Assembly (NCBI GenBank): GCA_041288095.1
Contig: JBGGMJ010000044.1
Span: 1-13,400, forward strand
DNA length: 13,400 nt
Origin: Myxococcota bacterium
GTDB lineage: Bacteria; Myxococcota; XYA12-FULL-58-9; JALHOP01
Direction: 5' to 3'
Position 1 is the first letter of the stretch. Each line of letters begins with the position of its first letter. The translations under genes were made by a program, and so were the position numbers. Of this stretch, positions 1-8,084 are shown one piece after another. Below the pieces are notes generated by a model. That model was given only the letters and a program-made list of their open reading frames with translations, was not told the origin of the DNA and searched no databases.

Positions 1-1
1 T

Positions 2-2554
2 GGTCGCTCCCTGATTGGCGCGGCTGGCACGCCGGTCGCCGGCGCGGTCGAGGTCTACGTCGCCCCGGTCGACGTCACCACCAAGCCACGTGCCTTCCCC
101 GGCGAATTCGTCGGTCGCGGCACCGACGGCGTCGCCTCCAACATCGCGAGCTACGGCACGGTCGACTTCAACTTCATGAAGGACGGCGAAAAGCTCGACC
201 TTGCTCCCGGCGAGACCGCGACCATCGAGGTCCCGGTGTTCCCGACGCTCGACATGGACGGCAACCCAGTCGGTGTCGGCAAGGTGATCCCGCTGTGGTC
301 GCTCGACGAGGAGAGCGGTCAGTGGGTTCGCGAAGGCGAGGGCACCATCGTCGCGTCGAGCAGCTCTCCGACCGGTTACGCGCAACGCGCTACCGTGGGT
401 CACTTCTCGTGGTGGAACTGCGACGACGTGCTCGGACCGACGGACGAGTCCGACGTTGGTTGCTGCGAGGACACCGATGACGACGGCGACTGCGATGTGC
501 CGAGCGCCTGCTTCATTAGCGGCCGTACTTGCAGCGACGCCCTCTGCGAGGAGGACGGCTACAACGTGCCGCTCTACGGCCCATCCACCAGCGTCGATGC
601 CGACGGCTCGGAGCGCTTGCTGATCCCGCTGCAGTTCTCGCTGGCGCTCGAGGCCTTCGGGCCGGGCGGTCTCACCCGCGGGCGCTACATCTCGGTTGCC
701 GGCGCGGCGGTGCCGCAGAGCATCCAGATCGTGCTCGCGCCCTTCGTCCCGCCGCCACCGAATGACGAACCGATTCTTCTGCCGTTCGATTTTACCACCG
801 CGGTGGAGACCGAGTCGACCGTCTACGAGGTCGACCTCGAAGGCGGCACCAGTCTCTACGTCAGCGCGTCGCGTGGCGGCGGCTCGTCGCTGACCGGGCG
901 CGTGCGTTTGCTCTCGCCGAGCGCCGAAGAGCTCGAGAACAAGACCTTCAACGCGACCGCTGGCGTCTTCATCGAGGCCATCGCGGTGTCCGGCCGTTAC
1001 ACCATCGAGATCAGCGGCATTGCACCGACTCCGACGGGCACCTATCGCCTGCAGGTCCGCACTGTCGGCAACGACATGAGCGTCGCGTCGGTAACGCCCG
1101 CGAACGGCAGCACCGTCGACCCCCCGTCCTCGATCACGGTCACGTTCTCGAGGCCGCCGAAGGCTTCCTCGGTGAACACCACCACCTTCAACGTGCTCGG
1201 GCCCACCGGCGAGCTCGCCCCCATTGCGGGCGGCATCACCGTGAGCGGTGTCACCGCGACCTTCGCGACCACCGGCATCGGCGCGAGCTTCGACTACACG
1301 GTGCAACTCACCACCGGCATCATGGACGAGCTCAACACACCCCTCGTCGCTCCTTTCGAGTCGACGTTCTCCACCAACGACACGACGCTCGCTTTCGGCC
1401 AAGCCCTCGCAATCACCGGCATGGACTCCGCGATAGCGAATGACGGCACCGCCATCGTGATTGGCGCGGAACCGACTCTGTCCTTCGGGCAAAGCAACCA
1501 GATTATTTTTTCGCGCTACGTGCCAGGTGACGGTTGGTCCGCGCCGGCGGCGCTGCCCTCGCCGGCGACCGGCGTGCATTCCGTCCCCCTGGTCGCCATG
1601 TCGGACGGCGGAATCGCGCTAGCGACGTACCGGTGGAGCACCAATGGCAATGCGCCGTTCACGCTGTACGCCATTGCGTACTCGCCAGCCTCGGGTTGGG
1701 GTGACCTCCAGGTGATTCCGACCACCGGGTCGACGCTTTCTACTTCCAACGCGGGGACCCTGGCCCTCGACGCCTCCGGGCGCGCACTTCGCACCTGGCC
1801 CGGTGAGAGCAACACCGGTTGGTACAGCTGGTTCAACGGCACCGAGTGGTCCGCCGCGACGGACCTCGACGGCGGTCAGTTCTACGGCAGCGGCAACGAG
1901 GGCACGGTTCTCAACGCGTCTGGCAGGGGCGGCACCATGTGGCGCAACAACTACAACCTGATTTCTCGTCGCTTCGACGCGGCCACTGGCGTTCTGGGGT
2001 CGGTCGTCGACCTTGGAAACAACCAATCGGGCCGTCGTGAGATCCAGGTCGACGACGCGGGCAACCTCTTCTTGCTGCGCGTGGACGGCAACAACCTCTC
2101 GCACATTCACCGCCTGCCCTACGACACCGTCAGCGAGAGCGCCTACTCCTTCCAGATCGAGGGCGCGGTCAACGCCGCCAACTGTCCGCCCGACCTCGCG
2201 GTGACACCGACCGGCAAGACCGCGTTCATCTTCTGCAAGTCGGGCCCCCAGCCTTACGTCCAGCACTGGGACGGCAACCCGACGCACGCCGCGAACACCG
2301 CGTTGCTGCTGCAGGGGACGAGCAACGCACGCAGAACGCGCATCACGGCCACCAACGAGGACTTCGTGCTGATCTTCAGCCGGTCCATCGTCGACGTCTC
2401 TTACATGCGACGCTCGACCGGCGAGGTCTGGGACGAGGCGAACACGACGATCACCGCAATCACGGCGGTGATCGACCAGGATCAGCTGATCGGCAGCGAG
2501 CACGGTGAAGCCATCTACGTGCGCTATGACGGTGTCGTCGGCCGACTGCGGTAG
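2..2554 (+). CDS. Large modular secreted/surface protein, 5'-partial: HFS-W-N-x-D domain, acidic Cys-rich linker, PPC-like beta-sandwich, Big_5 (SbsA-like Ig) domain, C-terminal beta-propeller
   Basis: The frame of ORF 176..2554 stays open to the window edge (GRSLIGAAGTPVAGAVEVYVAPVDVTTKPRAFPGEF...), so the start is upstream. Motifs: LWSLDEESGQWVREGEG...VGHFSWWNCD; YEVDLEGG...GRYTIEI...GTYRLQV (PPC-like, about 824-1058); SVTPANGSTVDPPSSITVTFS...YTVQLTTGIMDELNTPL...FST (Big_5-like, about 1076-1375); repeated blade-like motifs from 1421. Confidence 0.85.
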   Translation, partial: GRSLIGAAGTPVAGAVEVYVAPVDVTTKPRAFPGEFVGRGTDGVASNIASYGTVDFNFMKDGEKLDLAPGETATIEVPVFPTLDMDGNPVGVGKVIPLWSLDEESGQWVREGEGTIVASSSSPTGYAQRATVGHFSWWNCDDVLGPTDESDVGCCEDTDDDGDCDVPSACFISGRTCSDALCEEDGYNVPLYGPSTSVDADGSERLLIPLQFSLALEAFGPGGLTRGRYISVAGAAVPQSIQIVLAPFVPPPPNDEPILLPFDFTTAVETESTVYEVDLEGGTSLYVSASRGGGSSLTGRVRLLSPSAEELENKTFNATAGVFIEAIAVSGRYTIEISGIAPTPTGTYRLQVRTVGNDMSVASVTPANGSTVDPPSSITVTFSRPPKASSVNTTTFNVLGPTGELAPIAGGITVSGVTATFATTGIGASFDYTVQLTTGIMDELNTPLVAPFESTFSTNDTTLAFGQALAITGMDSAIANDGTAIVIGAEPTLSFGQSNQIIFSRYVPGDGWSAPAALPSPATGVHSVPLVAMSDGGIALATYRWSTNGNAPFTLYAIAYSPASGWGDLQVIPTTGSTLSTSNAGTLALDASGRALRTWPGESNTGWYSWFNGTEWSAATDLDGGQFYGSGNEGTVLNASGRGGTMWRNNYNLISRRFDAATGVLGSVVDLGNNQSGRREIQVDDAGNLFLLRVDGNNLSHIHRLPYDTVSESAYSFQIEGAVNAANCPPDLAVTPTGKTAFIFCKSGPQPYVQHWDGNPTHAANTALLLQGTSNARRTRITATNEDFVLIFSRSIVDVSYMRRSTGEVWDEANTTITAITAVIDQDQLIGSEHGEAIYVRYDGVVGRLR

Positions 2555-2568
2555 TGAGGCCGCGGTCG
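2543..2568 (+). terminator. Possible hairpin at the convergent junction of genes 1 and 2
   Basis: CGACTGCGG-TAGTGAGG-CCGCGGTCG forms a 9-bp stem with one G-U pair. The stop codon lies in the loop and there is no U-tract. Confidence 0.25.
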
Positions 2569-2587
2569 ATCGCTCCGGATGCGCTAG

Positions 2588-4288
2588 CTACAGCGTCAAG
2601 CGAAACGCCAGGAGCCCGACGCCGCGCGCATTGAGTAGCGTGGCGCCGGCACCCTGGTGCGCGTTGTATTGGATCTCGGTGGGCGTGCCCGTGCCGGCGG
2701 TGAGCTGCAGAACCATCACCGTGCCGCTCATGGTGACGCCCGAGACCGTGCTCGTCGTGCCTAAAACGGCAAAGTTCACCGCCATGCCGGCCTCGACCGT
2801 GAAAGCGGACGCGTCACTGCGCGTTTGCACGCGAATGGTGTTGGTGCCCGAGTCGTAGGTCGCGCTCTCGACGTCGATGGCGTCGAAGTCGGGGTAGCTT
2901 TGACCGTAGAGATGACGTGTGAGCAGCAGCGCGTAGTGCTCGCCCAGAATCTCGTAGCCGCCGGTGTAGTTGTAGTGGCAGCCGTCGTGCGCATCCATCG
3001 CGCTCGTGCTCATCGTATGCGCATTGGTGCGGGCACGGCTCAGTAGCCGCTGATAGTCACGGAGCTCGAGCGAGGGCGTGCCGCAACCAGGGCGCACCTG
3101 CGTGATGAAGACGTGCTCGAGCTTCGCGAAGTCGTCACGCCAGTCGTCGTGAAGCGCGAGGAAGCCGTCGCGGTGTCCTACGGCGTTCGCGCTGTCGGAT
3201 TCACCCTGGAAGTAGAGGACAGCTCGGACGTAGGGGGCCACACCCGCCGCACCGAGGCGACGCAGCAGTCGGCCATAGTTGGTGGTGGTGTTCGCGTGGT
3301 TGGCATCGTCGCGCTGGAAGAAGCCGATGGGCTGGCCGCCGTGGGCGCCGTTGAAGATGGCGAGCGGCACCTCGTGCCGCAGGACGAGCTCGTGAGCCAT
3401 CTTCATGCCCCACTGGCCGATGCTGCCGGCGCCGTTCGCGACGTTGCCGTTGGCGACCCGCCAGGAGTTGTCGGCGACGCTCGAGCCTTCGTCGACGGCC
3501 GCCGAGCCGAACGTCCGCACGAACGGGTCGGTATCGAGGGTCACGCCCTGATAGTTCGCCGCCACGGCGTTGCTCTGGCCCTGGATGACGATGACGTCGC
3601 CGCCGACGATGTCGGAGGTCGACGCGATGACCTCGACGCGGTCACCGACTGTCGCGCGTACGACGATGTCATGGCTCCGCGGAGCGACGGGCACGGCGGC
3701 GCCGATGACGAAGGCGGCGGCGGTGGTCGAGCAGAGCGGGGCCGTGTAGTTGGCGACGACGACGTCATCGGCGATGACCTGTACCTCGAGCGTCTGCCAC
3801 CCAGGGCTCGCGATGGTGCCGCTGACCGGCAGCTCGGCGAATTCCAGATAGGGCTCACGGCGGGGGACGAGCGCGTGCTCGAAAGGTAGCGGGTCGAGGT
3901 CGACATCGAGATCCGCTGGAGCGTACACGTTGGTGGCGGCGTTGGCGGAGGTGGCGCCCGGCGCGCTCACCGTAAGGGTTACGTTGTAACAGCCGTGGCT
4001 CGCGTAGGTGTGCGACGTGCTGAGCCCCGTGGCCGTCGTGCCGTCGCCGAAGCTCCAAGTGTACGTCGGTTGGTCCGCGTCGACCGGAACCGCCGCTAGG
4101 CTGATGGTCCGCGCCGCATCGGCGACGCGGGCTCCGTCGACGATCGCCGCCGTCACCTGTTGTCCGGAGATCTGGTCCGTTGGCTCATCGTCGCCATGCA
4201 CGTCGGCATCGCCGGCGTCGTGGGGATTGCTCACCGAGCTGCCGCAAGCGGCGGTGACGACGATGAGGGCGAGACTGAGACCACGCAT
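2588..4288 (-). CDS. Lipoprotein with PKD domain and SASA (sialate O-acetylesterase / CE6-like SGNH) carbohydrate esterase domain
   Basis: Start reassigned to ATG 4288: MRGLSLALIVVTAAC carries a lipobox, and the longer ORF overlaps the divergent gene. PKD signature YTWSFGDGTTATG...HTY...G.YNVTLTV. SGNH/SASA blocks GQSNA, GAHGG, YFQGESD and catalytic DGCH. 566 aa. Confidence 0.9.
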   Translation of the reverse strand: MRGLSLALIVVTAACGSSVSNPHDAGDADVHGDDEPTDQISGQQVTAAIVDGARVADAARTISLAAVPVDADQPTYTWSFGDGTTATGLSTSHTYASHGCYNVTLTVSAPGATSANAATNVYAPADLDVDLDPLPFEHALVPRREPYLEFAELPVSGTIASPGWQTLEVQVIADDVVVANYTAPLCSTTAAAFVIGAAVPVAPRSHDIVVRATVGDRVEVIASTSDIVGGDVIVIQGQSNAVAANYQGVTLDTDPFVRTFGSAAVDEGSSVADNSWRVANGNVANGAGSIGQWGMKMAHELVLRHEVPLAIFNGAHGGQPIGFFQRDDANHANTTTNYGRLLRRLGAAGVAPYVRAVLYFQGESDSANAVGHRDGFLALHDDWRDDFAKLEHVFITQVRPGCGTPSLELRDYQRLLSRARTNAHTMSTSAMDAHDGCHYNYTGGYEILGEHYALLLTRHLYGQSYPDFDAIDVESATYDSGTNTIRVQTRSDASAFTVEAGMAVNFAVLGTTSTVSGVTMSGTVMVLQLTAGTGTPTEIQYNAHQGAGATLLNARGVGLLAFRLTL

Positions 4289-4306
4289 CCTGGCAGAGTA
4301 GCACGG
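4289..4306. promoter_or_regulatory. Candidate bidirectional extended -10 promoter giving two leaderless transcripts
   Basis: Minus strand reads TGc-TACTCT-6 nt-ATG (4288). Plus strand reads TGg-CAGAGT-7 nt-GTG (4307). The hexamers overlap over 4295-4299. Neither gene has a properly spaced Shine-Dalgarno. Confidence 0.6.
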
Positions 4307-5095
4307 GTGATATGGGTAGCCGGCATGGTGGCGCTGATCCTTGCGTGTGACACGCCGCCAGGCGGCATGGTCTGCATCGAAGGCGGACCCTTCCTGCGCG
4401 GCACGGACGACGGGCCCAAGAACGAGCGGCCCCGCGCGACCATCCAGGTCGACACGTTCTACATGGACGTCTACGAGGTCGATGTCGCGCACTACGACTC
4501 CTGCGTGTCCGCTAAAAAGTGCAGACCGGCGAAGACCAACTACAGCGACTACTCACGGCCCACTCAGCCCAAGGTCGGGGTGAAGTGGTTCGACGCGGTG
4601 CAGTACTGCAAGGCCGTCGGCAAGCACCTGCCCACAGAGGCGGAGTGGGAGAAGGCGGCGCGCGGCATCGAGCCGGTGACTTGTGAGCGGGCCGTCATCA
4701 TGGACGAGCGGGGGAGGCGGAGCTGCGGCGTCGAGAAGCAGGGCGGCCATCCCGAGAAGGGGCGCACCCTCGAGGTCGGGTCGCGCCCGCCAACGCCGCT
4801 CGGGCTGTACGACATGGCGGGCAACGCCGAGGAGTGGGTTTTCGACTGGGCGTCCAAGAGCTATGCGGCGTGCGGCGACGCTTGTACGCGCGACAATCCG
4901 CGAGGGCCCTGTGACGGCGCCGTGAAATGCCCGGGCTACACCGAGCGCGTCGTGCGCGGCGGCTCGTGGTACTGGCCGGCCGACCACGCGACCGCGACCC
5001 ATCGACGCTTCCACACCCCCGCCAATCATCCGATCTACCATCACTTCGGCTTCCGCTGCGCCGCGTCCGAGGCGGAAGCGCGGGCCTTACGTTAG
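4307..5095 (+). CDS. FGE-sulfatase domain (SUMF1/EgtB/PvdO family) exported Cys-rich protein, probably not a true formylglycine-generating enzyme
   Basis: Motifs MVCIEGGPFLRG, ERP, FYMDVYEV, VKWFDAVQYC, LPTEAEWEKAARG, GLYDMAGNAEEWV, RVVRGGSW and GFRC. Start set at GTG 4307 (ATG 4325 is an alternative) because the longer ORF overlaps the divergent gene. Hydrophobic N-terminus VIWVAGMVALILAC. Confidence 0.9.
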   Translation: MIWVAGMVALILACDTPPGGMVCIEGGPFLRGTDDGPKNERPRATIQVDTFYMDVYEVDVAHYDSCVSAKKCRPAKTNYSDYSRPTQPKVGVKWFDAVQYCKAVGKHLPTEAEWEKAARGIEPVTCERAVIMDERGRRSCGVEKQGGHPEKGRTLEVGSRPPTPLGLYDMAGNAEEWVFDWASKSYAACGDACTRDNPRGPCDGAVKCPGYTERVVRGGSWYWPADHATATHRRFHTPANHPIYHHFGFRCAASEAEARALR

Positions 5096-6436
5096 TCGAC
5101 CGATCGGGCCATCGCAGAACTCATCACGGCCGAACGACGTGCGCCCGTCGCCGAAGAGATTCAGGATCGATACCAGCAAATCGTTGTGCGAGCGGTTGTC
5201 ATAGCGGACGAAGCGACCGCCACGCAGACCGCCACCGCCACCCGCGAGCAGGAACGGCATGTTGCGCTTCGAGTGCGATGGCGGCTCCTGGAGCTCGCTG
5301 CCGAAGAACACCACGCTCTCCTGCAGCAGGGTGTGCCCGCCCATGTCGACGGCCTCCATCTGCTCGAGCAGATAGGCGTGTTGCTGGGCGTACCAGTTGT
5401 AGATGCGCTCGAGCTCGGCCGGGCGATAGCCGCCGTCGTGCTGATAGAAGTGATGGTGCTCGCCCAAGCCCAGCCAGGGGAAGGTGTGCTTGGCTTCCGT
5501 GTCGGTCCACTGGAAGACGCCGACACCGGTGAGGTCGCACGCCATCGCGGTCACCATCATGTCGATCATGTAGCGACCGACCTTGGGGATCGCCGCGTCT
5601 GTTGCACCCTCGAACGTGGAGCCGATGTCGTGCCGGTAATCCGAGGTGTCGACCTGCCGCGGCGCCGCGCATTGCGCGCCGAGCGCGTCTTCTTGGACCT
5701 GGACGCCGAGCTCGATCTCCCGCACCTTCGTCAGGTGCGCGTCGAGCTTCGCGCGGTCCGCGACACCCAAGCGCTTGGCGAGCGCGTCGTAGCGCCGGTC
5801 GACGTAGTCGAGGATCGAGCGCTTGCGGGCAAGGCGTTCACGTTGCGCCGTGAGGTCCGGGTTGGCGCCGCCCGCGAAGAGCGAGTTGAAGATGGCCACG
5901 GGGTCGAGGCGCGGGGGGATGGGCGCGCAGCTGGCGTTGTCCTCGAAGACGGTCGCGTTGATCGGCGAGAGCAGGCCCCGTGAATTGCCGGTCGCCCAGC
6001 GCACCGCCATGTAGAGGCTCGCGTGCTGCTTGATGCCGCGCGAGATGCGCGTCGCGATGACCTGATCGATGGAGGGGCCACCCGCGTAGTTGTCGAAGGC
6101 ACCGTCCTGCGGCGTGCCGGTGAGCAGCGCGCAGATCCCCGCTTGATGCTGCTCGCCCTGAGCGCTGCGCATCTCGACGCCGTCGAGGACGAGCAGACGA
6201 TGTTTGATCGCCTGCAGCGGCGAGAGGATTGGGCTCAGCGTGAAGTCGGTCTCGGTGCCCGTCGGCAACCACTTGTCGCGCACCGTGCCACCCGGCGTGT
6301 AGACCGCGATGAAGCGTTTGGCCGGCCCGCTGCTCTGCGCTCGCGCCTCACCCATGACCTCGAGCCACGGCAAAGCGATGGCGACGCCACCCAAGCCGCG
6401 GATCATCGCGCGTCGGTCGAGCTTGAAGCGACTCAT
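5087..6436 (-). CDS. DUF1552 (HXXSHH) family protein with Tat-type signal peptide
   Basis: Start ATG 6436 overlaps the upstream stop (ATGA) with a GGGAG SD. N-terminus MSRFKLDRRAMIRGLGGVAIALPWLE. Family motifs LSPILSPL, SIDQVIA, RKRSILD, LG..DR.KLD.HL...RE.E, AMACDLT, HHHFYQH, H...NMPFLLAGG and NDLLVSIL. 449 aa. Confidence 0.92.
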   Translation of the reverse strand: MSRFKLDRRAMIRGLGGVAIALPWLEVMGEARAQSSGPAKRFIAVYTPGGTVRDKWLPTGTETDFTLSPILSPLQAIKHRLLVLDGVEMRSAQGEQHQAGICALLTGTPQDGAFDNYAGGPSIDQVIATRISRGIKQHASLYMAVRWATGNSRGLLSPINATVFEDNASCAPIPPRLDPVAIFNSLFAGGANPDLTAQRERLARKRSILDYVDRRYDALAKRLGVADRAKLDAHLTKVREIELGVQVQEDALGAQCAAPRQVDTSDYRHDIGSTFEGATDAAIPKVGRYMIDMMVTAMACDLTGVGVFQWTDTEAKHTFPWLGLGEHHHFYQHDGGYRPAELERIYNWYAQQHAYLLEQMEAVDMGGHTLLQESVVFFGSELQEPPSHSKRNMPFLLAGGGGGLRGGRFVRYDNRSHNDLLVSILNLFGDGRTSFGRDEFCDGPIGRLT

Positions 6437-8073
6437 TCGGGCTCCCGCGGAAGATAGAGGAAGGAGTCCGTTTGCGTGAACGCGAGCACCAGCTCCTTGA
6501 TGTCGTAACCTCCGTCCGCGAAAGCGGTGGTGACCGCTTGCAGCGTGCCTTTGTCCTTGGTGTCGAAGCTGCGGCCGTAAGCGAACGACAACCACTGCCT
6601 GGTGAAACAGGCCGGGCCGTCCTCGCTCGCCGCGATGGCGTTCACTAGATCGACGGGACCGCCGACCCCTTCTTCGTAGCCGGGGAGCTTGCCGGACGCG
6701 TCGATGGTCACGTCGTTCTCTCTATTGCGCCACATGCCCACCGCGTCGAAGTTCTCGAGGGTGAAGCCCACGGGGTCCATGAGCTGATGGCAGGTGGCGC
6801 ACACCGGGTCGACACTGTGCTGTGAGAAGCGCTCGCGCGCCGTGGGAGCGGAATAGGGGGGCGGAGGCGTGATCTTGTCGGCCAGCTCGCTCGGCGGCAA
6901 CGGAATGTCGACGCACATCATCTTGCGCATGACGTACGCACCGCGCGTGACAGGGCTCGTGTGGTTCGAGTGCGTCGTACCGGTGAGGACACCGCCCAGT
7001 AGCAAGAGGCCACGTCGCTTCGTCGTGTCGACGGCGGCCTTCCTGAAAGCGCTGCCGCTGACCGCGCTCATGCCGTAGTAGGCCGCGAGCTCGTCGTTCA
7101 CCATGGTGTACGGCGCTGTCATCAGCGTCACCCAATCGCCTTCGCCCTCGAAGATGACGTGCTCCGCGAACTGCTCGGTCTCCTGGCGCATGAGCGAAGC
7201 GATGGTCGCGTTGAAGCGTGGAAACAAGGCGGCGTCACGGTGCGCGTCGCCGAGCGCCGCGACGGGCAGCAGACCATTGAAGAAGGTGCGGACCATCGGC
7301 CGCGCGCGCGGGTCATCGAGCATCAGCGCGGCTTGGGCGCGAACTTGCTCGGGCGTGCTCAGATCGTTGCTGGCGGCGAGCCCTCGCAACCCGGGGTCGG
7401 GTGTCGTGCCCCAGAAGAGATACGACAAGCGCGTCGCCATCTCGTGCGCCGTGAGTCGCCGCCGGTCACCGTGCTCCGGGTCGGGCTCCCCGAGCTCGAT
7501 GCGATAGAGAAAGTCCGGCGATTGCAAGATCGCCTCGAGGACCGCCGCGACGCTCCCTGCGTAGGTGCCGCTATCACGGACTTCCTTTTGCAGTAGCACG
7601 AGCTCGTCGACCTCGGCCTGCTCGACAGGTCTGCGAAACGCCAGCGGTAAGAAGCTCGCGAGTGTCGCGCGCATGCAGCTCTCTTCGTCCGCCGAAGCGG
7701 CGGCGACGACACAAGGAGCCCAGCGTGCGAGCGCCTCGGCGGTCGCGGTCGCGCGTGTCGCGACATCCTCGGCGACGTTCGCGTACTGCTCGGCGAGCAG
7801 CGTCGACATCGAGAGTGAGCTCGCGTCGTTGCCGAAGCCGTTGCCGATCTCTTCGCTCGGCAAGGCCCGCGCCGGCGAGGTGGTGTCGCCGAGCAGGTCG
7901 CGGACGGTGTTGTCGTACTCGCGGCGGGTGAGACGGCGCAGCGGCGCGCGAATGGTCTGCGGCAAGAGCGCGGCGCCGCCGAGCAGTGAGGGCCCGGTGT
8001 CGCCAATGGTGCCGGTGCAGCTCCAGAAGCTCACCGCCGCCAAGGTTACGTATAAATGCCGCGCAAGACGCAC
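6433..8073 (-). CDS. DUF1592-type multidomain lipoprotein (DUF1587/DUF1595/DUF1592/DUF1588/DUF1585) with CxxCH motif
   Basis: LRRLTRREYDNTVRDLLG, AFRRP, LQSPDFLYRIE, MATRLSYLFWGTTPD, RRGLL, TSPVTRG, H...P.CATCHQLMDPVGFTLENFDAVG.WR and IDASG. GTG start with a lipoprotein-like N-terminus MRLARHLYVTLAAVSFWSC. Confidence 0.93.
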   Translation of the reverse strand: MRLARHLYVTLAAVSFWSCTGTIGDTGPSLLGGAALLPQTIRAPLRRLTRREYDNTVRDLLGDTTSPARALPSEEIGNGFGNDASSLSMSTLLAEQYANVAEDVATRATATAEALARWAPCVVAAASADEESCMRATLASFLPLAFRRPVEQAEVDELVLLQKEVRDSGTYAGSVAAVLEAILQSPDFLYRIELGEPDPEHGDRRRLTAHEMATRLSYLFWGTTPDPGLRGLAASNDLSTPEQVRAQAALMLDDPRARPMVRTFFNGLLPVAALGDAHRDAALFPRFNATIASLMRQETEQFAEHVIFEGEGDWVTLMTAPYTMVNDELAAYYGMSAVSGSAFRKAAVDTTKRRGLLLLGGVLTGTTHSNHTSPVTRGAYVMRKMMCVDIPLPPSELADKITPPPPYSAPTARERFSQHSVDPVCATCHQLMDPVGFTLENFDAVGMWRNRENDVTIDASGKLPGYEEGVGGPVDLVNAIAASEDGPACFTRQWLSFAYGRSFDTKDKGTLQAVTTAFADGGYDIKELVLAFTQTDSFLYLPREPE

Positions 8074-8084
8074 GCGTCGCTACG

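Noticed and set aside
4160-4492. Mutually overlapping extensions of ORFs 2588..4492 (-) and 4160..5095 (+)
   Set aside because: Each extension is the antisense of the other gene. Signal peptides and promoter motifs place the starts at 4288 and 4307.
4307-6436. FGE-domain protein as maturase of the adjacent DUF1552 protein
   Set aside because: It lacks the FGE catalytic Cys pair, the genes are convergent, and no sulfatase-type N-terminal CxPxR motif was seen in the DUF1552 protein.
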